Source: an uncultured Thermodesulfobacteriota bacterium (lineage in GTDB: Bacteria; Desulfobacterota; Anaeroferrophillalia; Anaeroferrophillales; Tharpellaceae). From it: a stretch of 55,247 nucleotides of DNA. How positions within the stretch are numbered: position 1 is the first letter of the stretch; each line of letters starts with the position of its first letter. The stretch lies in the NCBI GenBank assembly GCA_964623985.1, contig CAZUXG010000003.1, forward strand, positions 1-55,247. The letters run 5' to 3'. Positions 34,552 to 43,499 of this stretch are shown one piece after another. The notes beneath the pieces are model-generated. The model had not been told where the DNA came from and searched no databases. It worked only from the letters and a program-made list of their open reading frames with translations. Made by a program: the position numbers and the translations under genes.

Positions 34552-37197
34552 ATGGCCGAACGGTGCGGTGAAAAGTTGATGGAAAATAGGACCTATACTC
34601 AATTTATACTCATGGCTTTGACGGTACTGATGCTTTTTCTTGCCGGGGGCTACATTTTTTATAATCATGTCAGCCAGCATTTTATCTGTGGAGTTCAGCG
34701 CGAGCAGGAGATGGTGGCCGAGCGTATCACCGAAAATTTACAGACCTATCTCAAGAGGGTGCAGCAGACGGTCGATTCGGTACTCGATTTTACTTCATAT
34801 CAAGTCGGTGATATAAAAGAGCTTACTGCTCATCGTTTTAAGCTTTTATGGAAGATTTATCCGGAAATTTTCCATCTTGCTTTTTTAGCTGCCGACGGAG
34901 AGGTTTATTATACCGGTGAAGATGGTGATTTTACGCCTATGGGCCAACCTCTTAAGGAGGTTTACGAGTGGCAATATTTTGATTATGGTTTCTGGGATGA
35001 GCTTGATGACGAAAAACTGCATCAGTACATTTCCGTTTTCATGCACTTTGTACCTGAACTGGGAAAGGTAATGCCGGTGCCGATTATCCTCTTTGCAAAA
35101 CGGGTTGTCGTTGATGGTGAGTCTCTCGGATTTATACTGGTACCTTATCAATTAGATTTTATGATTACTACCTATTGCCGGAATATGGTCGTTGAAAAGC
35201 GTCGTGAGATTGTCCTGGTCGACAGTCGCGGGCGGGTGGTTTTTTCCTCTTTGCCGGGGCTTTTGTTGCGGGATTTTTATCCGGCTTATGGCATTTCGTC
35301 TGATCTGTTACTTGAAAAAAGTGAACAATTTTCGTTGTTGGACAAAGAGGAGCTGTCTTTGGTTGTGGCCGCTCTGGCCAACCGGAATCCCTTTTCGACA
35401 ACTATGAAAATTTTTTCAGGGGAGCGGCACAACACCCTTCTGGCGGCCTTTCGGGCGATGACGATGGTGACTGCCGACTGGACGGTGATGGTTGCCACGC
35501 CCCGGACAAAAGCTGACGAATTGGTCTGGCGACTACTGGTTCCCGTAATCCTTTTGTGTATTTTCATGCTTTTGATAATTGTCCTCTTCTCATATTTCAT
35601 GTTTTGGCGTCTGAATCGTTTTGCGCAAGAGAATGCTATCTTTAAGGCGGGTCTAGCTTCGAGTTCGGATGGCGTGGTCGTGCTTGATGATCAGGGCCGT
35701 TATCTATTTATTAATCGGGCTTATAGCGAGATTACCGGAGCGTCGGCACCAGAGCTCTTGGGGACTTTCTTCCAAGTCGAGGGTCAGGGCGGTGATCGGG
35801 AAGGCCTGCCGAAAAATATTTTTTCTTTGGTTGCTGAGCAGGGTCGTTGGCAAGATGTGGTTTCTTATCAGAAAATAGGGAAAAAACCGCTTGAAGTCAG
35901 TCAGAATTTTTCCGAGATCTATCGGGCTGATCGTAAGGTTGGTTACATCAGCAATCTTCATGATATCAGTGAGGAGCGGCGGCTGACTCGGGAGGTTAAA
36001 GTATACAGTGAATTCCTTCATAAAGAAGTTGATCGGCAAACCAAGGTTATCCTGCAGTCTCAAAAGATGGAGACTGTCGGCATCCTGGCGGCCGGTTTTA
36101 CCCACGATTTCAATAATCTTCTTGCCAGCCTGCACGGTAATATTGAATTGCTGGAGATAATGCTGGAAACAGCACCACAAAACGCAGGTCGTTATATTGA
36201 CAAAATTCGGCAGATTTCGATTCAGGCGGCTGAGCTGACCCGGCAGCTATTGCTCTTTTCGCGTCGGGATATAGGGGCTACGGAGGTCGTCTCTATAGCC
36301 GATCTGGTTGAGTCGGTTTTGGTACTTGTGCCTCCTTTCTTGCCGGCTCAAATATCCTTTGACTGTCTTGAGGACAGCTGCGATCTCAAGCTTGAAGTTG
36401 ATAAATCTGCAATCGTGCAAACTATATTAAATCTGGTTTTGAATGCCGGCGAAGCCTTTACCGAAGATCAGGAGAATGCTCAAATCAAGATTATTTCCAA
36501 AGCTAAATTTGTTGATCGTTATTTTGGTGAGCGTTTCAATCTTACTCCCGGCAACTGGTATTGTGAGATTACCGTATCGGATAACGGCAGCGGTATTTCG
36601 TCGGCTATTATGGGGAAGATTTTTGATCCATTTTTTAGTACCAAGGGGTGGTCGAACAAGAAAGGTACGGGGCTGAGCTTGGCTATTGCCTATCGGACTA
36701 TTGCTAATCATGATGGTGTTATTACGGTTAATTCAGAACTTGGTGTCGGAAGTTCTTTTATTATCTATCTGCCGGTAGCCAGCCATCCCGGCAAGTCTCG
36801 GCCGTTTGTTCAGGAGCTGGAATACTCGCATGATCTCAATGCCCGGAAGATTCTGATTGTTGAAGATGAAGAGCTTTTACGTGAAAGTTTGAAGGTTTTG
36901 CTTGAACTGCGTGGCGCTCGGGTTGAGTTGGCGGCTAATGGTAAAGAGGCTCTGGAGAGTCTCGAAACCGTTTCAGCGGATTTGATCGTGCTTGATCTGG
37001 TGCTGCCGGAGATGGGGGGGGAGGAGTTTTTGTCCGAGATGGAGATGCGGAAAATTAAAATTCCGGTTTTGATTATGACTGGTACCCTCAATGAGGGTTT
37101 TCGTGTCAGTAAACTTTTTCCGGTGGTCCTGGAAGTGCTGGAGAAACCTTTTTCACAGAAACAGCTCCTCCACCTTTGTCACCAGATGTTGTCGTGA
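34552..37197 (+). CDS. Hybrid sensor histidine kinase (periplasmic sensor domain, TM, PAS, HisKA, HATPase, C-terminal receiver)
   Basis: 881 aa. H-box FTHDFNNLL, G-box DNGSGI…GTGLSLA, receiver KILIVEDEE…DLIVLDLVLPEMGG. The start could instead be ATG 34579. Confidence 0.88.
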   Translation: MAERCGEKLMENRTYTQFILMALTVLMLFLAGGYIFYNHVSQHFICGVQREQEMVAERITENLQTYLKRVQQTVDSVLDFTSYQVGDIKELTAHRFKLLWKIYPEIFHLAFLAADGEVYYTGEDGDFTPMGQPLKEVYEWQYFDYGFWDELDDEKLHQYISVFMHFVPELGKVMPVPIILFAKRVVVDGESLGFILVPYQLDFMITTYCRNMVVEKRREIVLVDSRGRVVFSSLPGLLLRDFYPAYGISSDLLLEKSEQFSLLDKEELSLVVAALANRNPFSTTMKIFSGERHNTLLAAFRAMTMVTADWTVMVATPRTKADELVWRLLVPVILLCIFMLLIIVLFSYFMFWRLNRFAQENAIFKAGLASSSDGVVVLDDQGRYLFINRAYSEITGASAPELLGTFFQVEGQGGDREGLPKNIFSLVAEQGRWQDVVSYQKIGKKPLEVSQNFSEIYRADRKVGYISNLHDISEERRLTREVKVYSEFLHKEVDRQTKVILQSQKMETVGILAAGFTHDFNNLLASLHGNIELLEIMLETAPQNAGRYIDKIRQISIQAAELTRQLLLFSRRDIGATEVVSIADLVESVLVLVPPFLPAQISFDCLEDSCDLKLEVDKSAIVQTILNLVLNAGEAFTEDQENAQIKIISKAKFVDRYFGERFNLTPGNWYCEITVSDNGSGISSAIMGKIFDPFFSTKGWSNKKGTGLSLAIAYRTIANHDGVITVNSELGVGSSFIIYLPVASHPGKSRPFVQELEYSHDLNARKILIVEDEELLRESLKVLLELRGARVELAANGKEALESLETVSADLIVLDLVLPEMGGEEFLSEMEMRKIKIPVLIMTGTLNEGFRVSKLFPVVLEVLEKPFSQKQLLHLCHQMLS

Positions 37198-37202
37198 GAA
37201 TT

Positions 37203-38210
37203 TCAAACCTTAAGTAGAGTATCAATTGCTTTGATAACCTCAACCTCCGATAACTCATCCATACAGGCCCGGGTTTGGTTGGGGCATTGCCGGTTGCCGT
37301 GGCGGGCGCAGGGTCGGCAGCTGAGACCTTTTTTCTCAACAATAATAGCCCGGTTTTGCCAGGGACCGAAACCGAATTCAGGAACCGTAGCGCAAAAGAT
37401 CACCACTGTCGGTATCTTGCAGGCGGAGGCCATGTGTAGAGCCATGCTGTCGTTGCAGACCATTAGGCGGGCGTGCTTGGTTAAATAGAGTGCGCTATCA
37501 AGATCTCCGCGGCCCGCCAGATTGATAACCTCCAGGTTGCCGGCGACCTCTTGGCAGACATCGACTTCTTCGTTACTTCCCAGCAAAACTACGAGCCAGC
37601 CTCTTTTCAGCAAATGTTTGGCGACCTTGTGATAACCGGCGGCCGACCATCTCTTGGTCTCCCAGGCGCTGCCGGGGACCATCAGGACATAGCTGCCTGG
37701 AGCCGGAAGTTCTGTTTGAAGAAGCGGTGCGAGAGCTCTTTTTTCAGGTGCAAAAAGACGGAGCTGATCGGGTAAATTTGTATTTTGGGAACCATTGTTA
37801 AGCAGAGCCAGGTTGCGCAAAACATCATGTAGCTCTTGAGGTCTTGGCCTGGTTATGTCGTAGAGGAAGGCCAATTTGGCATTTTTGAAACCTATTTTCT
37901 CAGGGATTCGGCTTAAGGCTAAGAGTAAGCTGGTGCGGGCTGAACGATGCAGTGAGTAGGCCATATCAAAGTTCATTTTACGTAATTTATGGGCTTGTCG
38001 TAAAAGACCTTTGATACCTCTCTCCAGACCCCGTTTAGCGAAGGGTATAACCCCTGTAAGAAGAGGATCGCGTTTGACCAGAGTAGCAGCCAGTGGGGTG
38101 GTCATTATCCAGAGTTCCGCGTCAGGGTGCAGCTTTTTTAGGGCGGCAATCAGTGGGGTCGAAAGGATGGTATCACCTAAAAAACTGGTTTGTACAAGGA
38201 GTATCTTCAT
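37203..38210 (-). CDS. Glycosyltransferase family 9 (ADP-heptose:LPS heptosyltransferase)
   Basis: Start reset to MKILLVQTSFLGDTILSTP (ATGA overlap with the upstream stop). GT9 N-terminal signature, and C-terminal …NDSMALHMASA…. Confidence 0.8.
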   Translation of the reverse strand: MKILLVQTSFLGDTILSTPLIAALKKLHPDAELWIMTTPLAATLVKRDPLLTGVIPFAKRGLERGIKGLLRQAHKLRKMNFDMAYSLHRSARTSLLLALSRIPEKIGFKNAKLAFLYDITRPRPQELHDVLRNLALLNNGSQNTNLPDQLRLFAPEKRALAPLLQTELPAPGSYVLMVPGSAWETKRWSAAGYHKVAKHLLKRGWLVVLLGSNEEVDVCQEVAGNLEVINLAGRGDLDSALYLTKHARLMVCNDSMALHMASACKIPTVVIFCATVPEFGFGPWQNRAIIVEKKGLSCRPCARHGNRQCPNQTRACMDELSEVEVIKAIDTLLKV

Positions 38211-39037
38211 CGTGGTCCCCGACGTTTGAACTCTCGATAAAAAGCTTGGGCCCGCCTTTCTACCCGGTGCCATAGTCCGGTTTTCAGTTTAAGGGATTCA
38301 CGCCAAGGGCGCTGAGTATAGGTGGAGATAAACCGTAAGCGATCTCTTAAAGTCAGACCAATCTCAAAACTTGAAAAATGTAATGCTGCGAGGTCTTTGA
38401 CCTGCCAGCGCCGGGGCAGTGTTTTTCGTTGCCGGACGCGGTGGAGATCGATAAGGTGCAAGGTCAGGTTTTTGGGATCCGGGGTTCTGCCATTTTCAAG
38501 GTCGAGAAGAAAATGGCAGATGTAGAGATCGCAGTGGTTGAGAGCTAAACGATGTAGGGATCCCGTGATCTCCGCCACCCGTTTAATAAGAGCCCGCTTT
38601 AAGGTTGGAGAGGGAGGTTTTGTGGCCCAGTTGCGGCAGTAATCTTCCAGACTTTCAGTGTTTTTCAGGTCTTTAGTGATGATGAATGACTGTTTGTTGA
38701 TCGGGTTTTTCCCCCGGCGGCCGTAGGCGACTAGAGGGGTCGTCGGAATTTTGAGTTTTTCGAGAAGTTCTATTGCCCGCCACTCATTTTCAGCCCCGCT
38801 GATCGGCCACTTGAAACGTAAAAGACTTCTTAAAAAACGCCGCCAGCCGAGACCGTGGTGCAGTTTGGCGAAGTAACTTTGGCCATCTATCGTAAATTGC
38901 AGGGTGCGCCGCCCATCTTTATGGCGATAAATGGTACCGTCAAGGGTGAAAATCTTCTCAAAGGGTTTTTCTTTGAGCCATCCCTGCCGCCATTTGTCGG
39001 GTATCTCAAGAATTTCCGAAGGTGTCTGTTGGTTCAT
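38207..39037 (-). CDS. waaP: Lipopolysaccharide core heptose(I) kinase (WaaP/RfaP family)
   Basis: 276 aa, collinear with E. coli WaaP as I recall it: …SYFAKLHHG…SFIITKDL…SLEDYCRNWATKPP…KRALIKRVA…NHCDLYICHFLL…LIDLHR…PRRWQVKDLAALHFSS…. Confidence 0.8.
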   Translation of the reverse strand: MNQQTPSEILEIPDKWRQGWLKEKPFEKIFTLDGTIYRHKDGRRTLQFTIDGQSYFAKLHHGLGWRRFLRSLLRFKWPISGAENEWRAIELLEKLKIPTTPLVAYGRRGKNPINKQSFIITKDLKNTESLEDYCRNWATKPPSPTLKRALIKRVAEITGSLHRLALNHCDLYICHFLLDLENGRTPDPKNLTLHLIDLHRVRQRKTLPRRWQVKDLAALHFSSFEIGLTLRDRLRFISTYTQRPWRESLKLKTGLWHRVERRAQAFYREFKRRGPR

Positions 39038-39163
39038 GATAGGTACTTAATTGATTAAGGTTTCGCTTTTTTGGTTTTAGTTATGCAGGATTTTAGAATG
39101 CTCCTTTTAACATAAATAAGAATGACGTGGTAACAAAATATCATCAGTTAGGTAAAGCATCAG

Positions 39164-39192
39164 TTGAAAATGTTGTCTCCCTGTGCTAGAAT
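39164..39192 (+). promoter_or_regulatory. Candidate sigma70 promoter for gltX (extended -10)
   Basis: TTGAAA - 17 nt - TAGAAT, with TGC immediately upstream of the -10. It lies ~110 nt before ATG 39305. Confidence 0.5.
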
Positions 39193-39304
39193 ATTCTCAA
39201 TAAAATTACTCAGGAGTCAGATGTTTTTTCTGCATAATAACTATTTGGACAGTCGAAAATATTCTAAAATTAAAATTTAAATATACAAACATTAAGGTGA
39301 ATTA

Positions 39305-40789
39305 ATGACTGAAGAGATCAGAGTGCGATTTGCGCCGAGCCCGACCGGTTATCTCCATATTGGTGGAGCGCGAACGGCAATTTTGAACTGGCTGTATGCT
39401 CGCCAGCACAACGGCAAACTAATTCTGCGGATAGAGGATACTGATACTGAACGTTCAACCAGTGAGATGATTCAAGGAATTCTTGATGGTTTGCAGTGGC
39501 TCGGTATTGAGTGGGATGAAGGTCCCTACTACCAATCCGATTTTATCAATGATCATATCGCGGCGGCGGAGAGCCTGTTGGCTTCCGGCCACGCCTATAA
39601 GTGTTTTTGCTCAAAAGAGGAGCTCGAATTAAAGCGTGAGAAAGCCCGGGCCCTAAAAGAGGATTTTCGTTATGATCGTAGTTGTCGCGGCTTAAGTGAG
39701 TTGGAGGTGGCTGAACGGGAAGCCGCTGGTCAATCTTATGTTATTCGTCTGAAGGTTCCGGAGGGTGATGGCGCGGTTGTTTTCAAAGATGCAGTATATG
39801 GTTCAATAACGAAACGTTATCAGGATATTGAGGATTTCGTCATTGTTCGGGCCAACGGTCAACCCCTATATCTGCTCTCCAATGTTGTTGATGATGCCCG
39901 CGATCGAATTAGTCATGTGATTCGCGGGCAAGATGGTCTTGGCAATACCCCCAAACAGATTCTGCTCTATCAGGCTTTAGGGGAGACATTGCCGGTGTTT
40001 GTTCATATGAGCCTGACCTTAGACCCTAAAAGGGCTAAGATTTCGAAACGAACCCATGGTGAACTGGTTGCTATCCATTTCTATCGTGAACATGGTTTTC
40101 TGCCTTGGGCCTTGGTCAATTTTCTCATTCTTTTGGGCTGGTCGAACCCTGAATCGAAAGAGATTTTTTCGTATGAAGAGCTGCTTGAGGTTTTTTCGTT
40201 TGCCGGTATGAATCGGGCCAATTCGGTTTTTAATGTCAATAAAAATGACCCCAAATTTATTACCGATCCCAAAGCCATTAATATGAACGCCCACTATTTG
40301 AAGACCTTACCGCTGCCCGAGCTTGAGCCCTATGTTCGAACCGAACTTGAAAAGGCCGGTCTGTGGCAGGACGCCTATGCCGATGAGAAACGGGAGTGGT
40401 TTCTGAATACGGTTGATCTTATCCGGGCCCGCTATCACCTGTTGACCGATTTTGCGATTCTCGGTCGGCCCTATTTTGGTGATGATGTTGAGCTCGCTAT
40501 AGAGGATAAGGCGCGGCGTAAAAATCTTGAAAAATTTCCCGATTTACGTGAATGGTTGCCGCAGCTGGCTGAACGCCTTGAGAACACCGCCGACTTCAGT
40601 GAGACGGTGATTGAAGAGCTGATGCGGGTTTTTGCCGATGAAGTGGAGGTCAAGCCCGGAGTTATTATCAACGGGGTTCGAACCGTAATCACCGGTCAGT
40701 TGGCCGGTCCCGGTCTTTTTGAGATTGTTACGACAATTGGTCGCGAGCGGGTGGTTGCCCGTCTACGTCATGCACCGCAGCTTTTTTAG
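39305..40789 (+). CDS. gltX: Glutamyl-tRNA synthetase
   Basis: 494 aa with a HIGH-type motif (PSPTGYLHIGGART) and a KMSKS-type motif (KISKR). Confidence 0.95.
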   Translation: MTEEIRVRFAPSPTGYLHIGGARTAILNWLYARQHNGKLILRIEDTDTERSTSEMIQGILDGLQWLGIEWDEGPYYQSDFINDHIAAAESLLASGHAYKCFCSKEELELKREKARALKEDFRYDRSCRGLSELEVAEREAAGQSYVIRLKVPEGDGAVVFKDAVYGSITKRYQDIEDFVIVRANGQPLYLLSNVVDDARDRISHVIRGQDGLGNTPKQILLYQALGETLPVFVHMSLTLDPKRAKISKRTHGELVAIHFYREHGFLPWALVNFLILLGWSNPESKEIFSYEELLEVFSFAGMNRANSVFNVNKNDPKFITDPKAINMNAHYLKTLPLPELEPYVRTELEKAGLWQDAYADEKREWFLNTVDLIRARYHLLTDFAILGRPYFGDDVELAIEDKARRKNLEKFPDLREWLPQLAERLENTADFSETVIEELMRVFADEVEVKPGVIINGVRTVITGQLAGPGLFEIVTTIGRERVVARLRHAPQLF

Positions 40790-40820
40790 TAACTTAAGAA
40801 TTTTTCCTCAATAGTGTGTT

Positions 40821-40869
40821 TTATGGGTAAATCTGGTGTCCGACACCTGTTTTACCCATAAAGCTTTTT
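40821..40869. terminator. Long hairpin between convergent gltX and queH (likely a terminator)
   Basis: Outer stem TTATGGGTAAA / TTTACCCATAA (11 bp) encloses GGTGT-CCG-ACACC. On the + strand it is followed by a T-run (CTTTTTGG). The right arm lies in the last queH codons. Confidence 0.5.
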
Positions 40870-41394
40870 GGTTCCCAGATAACGTTCCCCTTCACTGTAG
40901 ATGCAGCCGCAATATTGTTGACGATACATTCCCTTCTCTTTTGATAGATCTATCCCTTCGCGCCAGCCCTCACGGAAGTCTTCGTAATGAAACTTTACCC
41001 CGAAGCGGCGGCCCAGCTCTCGGCCCAGTTCGCAAATTTTTTCATGTTGTTGAAACTTGCTGTAGAGGAGCGTGGTGGTAAAGGCTTCAAATTTGCCTTT
41101 ATGAGCGATCCGGGCGGCTTTCTCAAGTCGGTCATGGTAGCAGAAGAGGCAGCGCTGCTTTTCCCGAAAGGCCGCGTTTTTTAAAAAATTGACGAGCTCG
41201 TAGCGTTCATCAACAATTAGCGGTAATTCTTCTTCCTGAGCCCATTCGGCTAGGGTGTCGCGGCGTTTTTGCCACTCTGTGTAAGGGTGGATATGATTGT
41301 AGTAAAAGGCCCGCAATTGGTGGCCTTGATGGCGTAGTTGCATGACCGGGTAGATGGCGCAGGGGCCGCAGCAGCAGTGCAGAAGAATTTTCAT
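40852..41394 (-). CDS. queH: Epoxyqueuosine reductase QueH (DUF208)
   Basis: 180 aa with the signatures HCCCGPC, CxxCY and QQYCGCIYS. Confidence 0.88.
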   Translation of the reverse strand: MKILLHCCCGPCAIYPVMQLRHQGHQLRAFYYNHIHPYTEWQKRRDTLAEWAQEEELPLIVDERYELVNFLKNAAFREKQRCLFCYHDRLEKAARIAHKGKFEAFTTTLLYSKFQQHEKICELGRELGRRFGVKFHYEDFREGWREGIDLSKEKGMYRQQYCGCIYSEGERYLGTKKLYG

Positions 41395-41537
41395 GGTGGT
41401 TTGCTTAGTGGGTAGCGGGTAGTCTGCAGTCGGCCGGGTTCCAAAGCCCTCAGCAGTTTACTTCCGCACCGGGTTGGGAGTTGTCGATGTCGGGCTCAGA
41501 TTGTGTGGTTTTCTGCTCTATACGTTAAACAGGTCAG

Positions 41538-41565
41538 TTGTCAAGTCAGACAGCTCTTTTAATAT
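41538..41565 (+). promoter_or_regulatory. Candidate sigma70 promoter P1 upstream of tRNA-His
   Basis: TTGTCA - 16 nt - TAATAT. Confidence 0.4.
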
Positions 41566-41586
41566 CTCGATCGGATTAAAATCAGG

Positions 41587-41615
41587 TTGACAGACGCATT
41601 CTTTTCCATTATTTA
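41587..41615 (+). promoter_or_regulatory. Candidate sigma70 promoter P2 upstream of tRNA-His
   Basis: TTGACA - 17 nt - TATTTA. Confidence 0.45.
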
Positions 41616-41645
41616 GTGAGCCCTTCAAAAACGCAGCTGAAATTG

Positions 41646-41771
41646 AAATGACAAAGTAAAATGTTCAGATGCGAGGCGCCCTAAACCTGAGGAATGAGGC
41701 GTACGTCAAGTACTCCGCAGTGACGAAGGTTGAAGGGGAACGAAGAAGGTGGACGTTTTACTTTGTCATTT
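41646..41771 (+). repeat. 126-nt element bounded by 19-bp inverted repeats, abutting the tRNA-His 5' end
   Basis: AAATGACAAAGTAAAATGT (41646-41664) pairs with ACGTTTTACTTTGTCATTT (41753-41771), 19 bp with one G-U. The enclosed 88 nt are purine-rich (GAAGG repeats). Confidence 0.8.
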
Positions 41772-41774
41772 TAT

Positions 41775-41852
41775 GGTGGGTGTAGCTCAGTTGGTTAGAG
41801 CGCAGGATTGTGGCTCCTGAGGCCGAGGGTTCGACCCCCTCTACTCACCCCA
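41775..41852 (+). tRNA. tRNA-His (anticodon GTG) with an encoded G-1 and 3' CCA
   Basis: Hand-folded cloverleaf. Acceptor GGTGGGTG / TACTCACC including the extra G-1:C73 pair. D arm GCTC/GAGC. Anticodon stem CAGGA/TCCTG with loop TTGTGGC. T arm GAGGG-TTCGACC-CCCTC. Ends in CCA. Confidence 0.95.
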
Positions 41853-41862
41853 AAAATTAAAA

Positions 41863-41913
41863 ACCCTAAGCAGAACCGTAAAAGTAGCGGTTCTGCTTAG
41901 GGTTTTTGTTTTT
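41863..41913 (+). terminator. Rho-independent terminator after tRNA-His
   Basis: 15-bp stem CCCTAAGCAGAACCG / CGGTTCTGCTTAGGG, 9-nt loop, then TTTTTGTTTTT. Confidence 0.85.
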
Positions 41914-42135
41914 CTGAAGTCAATAAAATACGTTTGTAGTAGACATGGGTTATCTCTCCAATGTTTTTTACTGCCTACTGCCCATTACATGGGGACAAAG
42001 TTTTTGCCCTGCGGATCTTCAGTCGTTGCCGCGACGGTTGCCCGGGTTTGACTTTCACTACTCGGTCTGCTAGGGTCAGGGGCTGATTTTTTTTGGTTGT
42101 GATGTTAGGTTTGTCATCACTTTTGTGGAGTGTCA

Positions 42136-43491
42136 ATGAAGATTGTTATTTCCGGTTCCGGTGAAGTCGGTTTCCATCTGGCCGAGCAGTTGGTGACCAG
42201 TCATCAGGATGTAGTTCTGATTGAAAAAGATCCGCTCAGGGCAAAGTTTGTGGCCGACCATCTTGACTGTATGGTGGTCCAGGGCGAGGGCAGTAACCCG
42301 GAAATCCTGGCTGAGGCCGGGATTGATGGAGCCGATACCTTTATTGCCGTCTCTAATCTTGATGAGGTCAATATCGTCTCCTGTCTGGTGGTTGCGAATG
42401 AGTTCAAGGTCAAGACCAAAATCGCCAGGGTCCGTAGTATTCAATACCGGCGCAGCGGTATTTTGAACAATTCGCTGCTTGGGATTGACTATGTCGTCAA
42501 TCCCGAGATCGAGGCGGCCCGAGCGATTATGAATATTGTTGCCCATGGGGCTACCGGCGAGGTGTTGGTATTTGAGGATACCGATATTCAGTTGCGAAAT
42601 ATCTTTGTTGATGCAACTTCTCCTTTTCGCGATAAGAACCTGCGCGAGATTCGCCGTGATATGCACTATAATTTTATCATCGCCGGGATCAGCCGGGATG
42701 ATGAGGTGATTATTCCCTACGGTGATACCCGAATTTCTGAAGGGGATCGGATCTATATCGTTTCGAATCATCGTAATATGGAGCGGGTCTTTGCCAGTGC
42801 CGGCCGTTTCCGTCATAAACTGCATAATGTAGTTGTTGTCGGTGGTGGAAAAATCGGTTGTTATATCAGTGAATTTTTAATCACTACCGGACGCAGTGTC
42901 AAAATTGTCGAAAAAGATTATAAGCACTGCAAATATCTGGCCGAACGTTTTCCCGACGCCTTAGTTATCCACGAGGATATTTCTGATGAAAAGCTCTTTG
43001 AAGATGAACAGCTATATGCCTCCGATCTGATCGTTACCACAACCCCGGATGAAGCTCTCAACATGCTGACCGCCATTTATGCTAAAAGTCTCGGTATAAA
43101 GCGGGTGATCCCGGTTGTCAATAAGTCAAGCTATTTGAACATAGCCGACAAACTCGGTATTGATGCGACTGTTAGTCCGAAAGCCAGTTCCGTCAGTGCG
43201 ATCCTCAAATATGTGCGGCGCGGTAATATTAAACGGGTTCATTCGATTTTTGACGGTAAGGCCGAGGCGATTGAGTTTACTGTTAATCTCTCCAGTCGGA
43301 TTGCCGGGAAAATGGTAAAAGAGTTACAGTTACCGACCGGTTCTTTGGTCGTTGCCGTTAATCGTCCTGAGGGATCAATCAGTAAAAATTTTGTTCCCAG
43401 CGGCGAGTTTGTAATTCAGGCGGGTGATAATGTAGTTACCTTTGCCAAAGCCGAACAGGTTGATTCATTAGAAGAGCTTTTCCTGCATTAG
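42136..43491 (+). CDS. trkA: Trk potassium uptake system NAD-binding subunit TrkA
   Basis: Two TrkA-N/TrkA-C repeats (MKIVISGSGEVG… and VVVVGGGKIG…). Start set to ATG 42136, 5 nt after GTGGAG. Confidence 0.9.
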   Translation: MKIVISGSGEVGFHLAEQLVTSHQDVVLIEKDPLRAKFVADHLDCMVVQGEGSNPEILAEAGIDGADTFIAVSNLDEVNIVSCLVVANEFKVKTKIARVRSIQYRRSGILNNSLLGIDYVVNPEIEAARAIMNIVAHGATGEVLVFEDTDIQLRNIFVDATSPFRDKNLREIRRDMHYNFIIAGISRDDEVIIPYGDTRISEGDRIYIVSNHRNMERVFASAGRFRHKLHNVVVVGGGKIGCYISEFLITTGRSVKIVEKDYKHCKYLAERFPDALVIHEDISDEKLFEDEQLYASDLIVTTTPDEALNMLTAIYAKSLGIKRVIPVVNKSSYLNIADKLGIDATVSPKASSVSAILKYVRRGNIKRVHSIFDGKAEAIEFTVNLSSRIAGKMVKELQLPTGSLVVAVNRPEGSISKNFVPSGEFVIQAGDNVVTFAKAEQVDSLEELFLH

Positions 43492-43499
43492 CATAGCGT

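Noticed and set aside
39238-39248. Solo TAACTATTTGG motif (identical to the left block of repeat copy 2) in the waaP/gltX divergent region, and GTAACTATTC at ~46113.
   Set aside because: The shared core AACTATT is only 7 nt and also occurs inside coding sequence (e.g. 14661). None of the other repeat blocks accompany these sites, so they may be chance matches.
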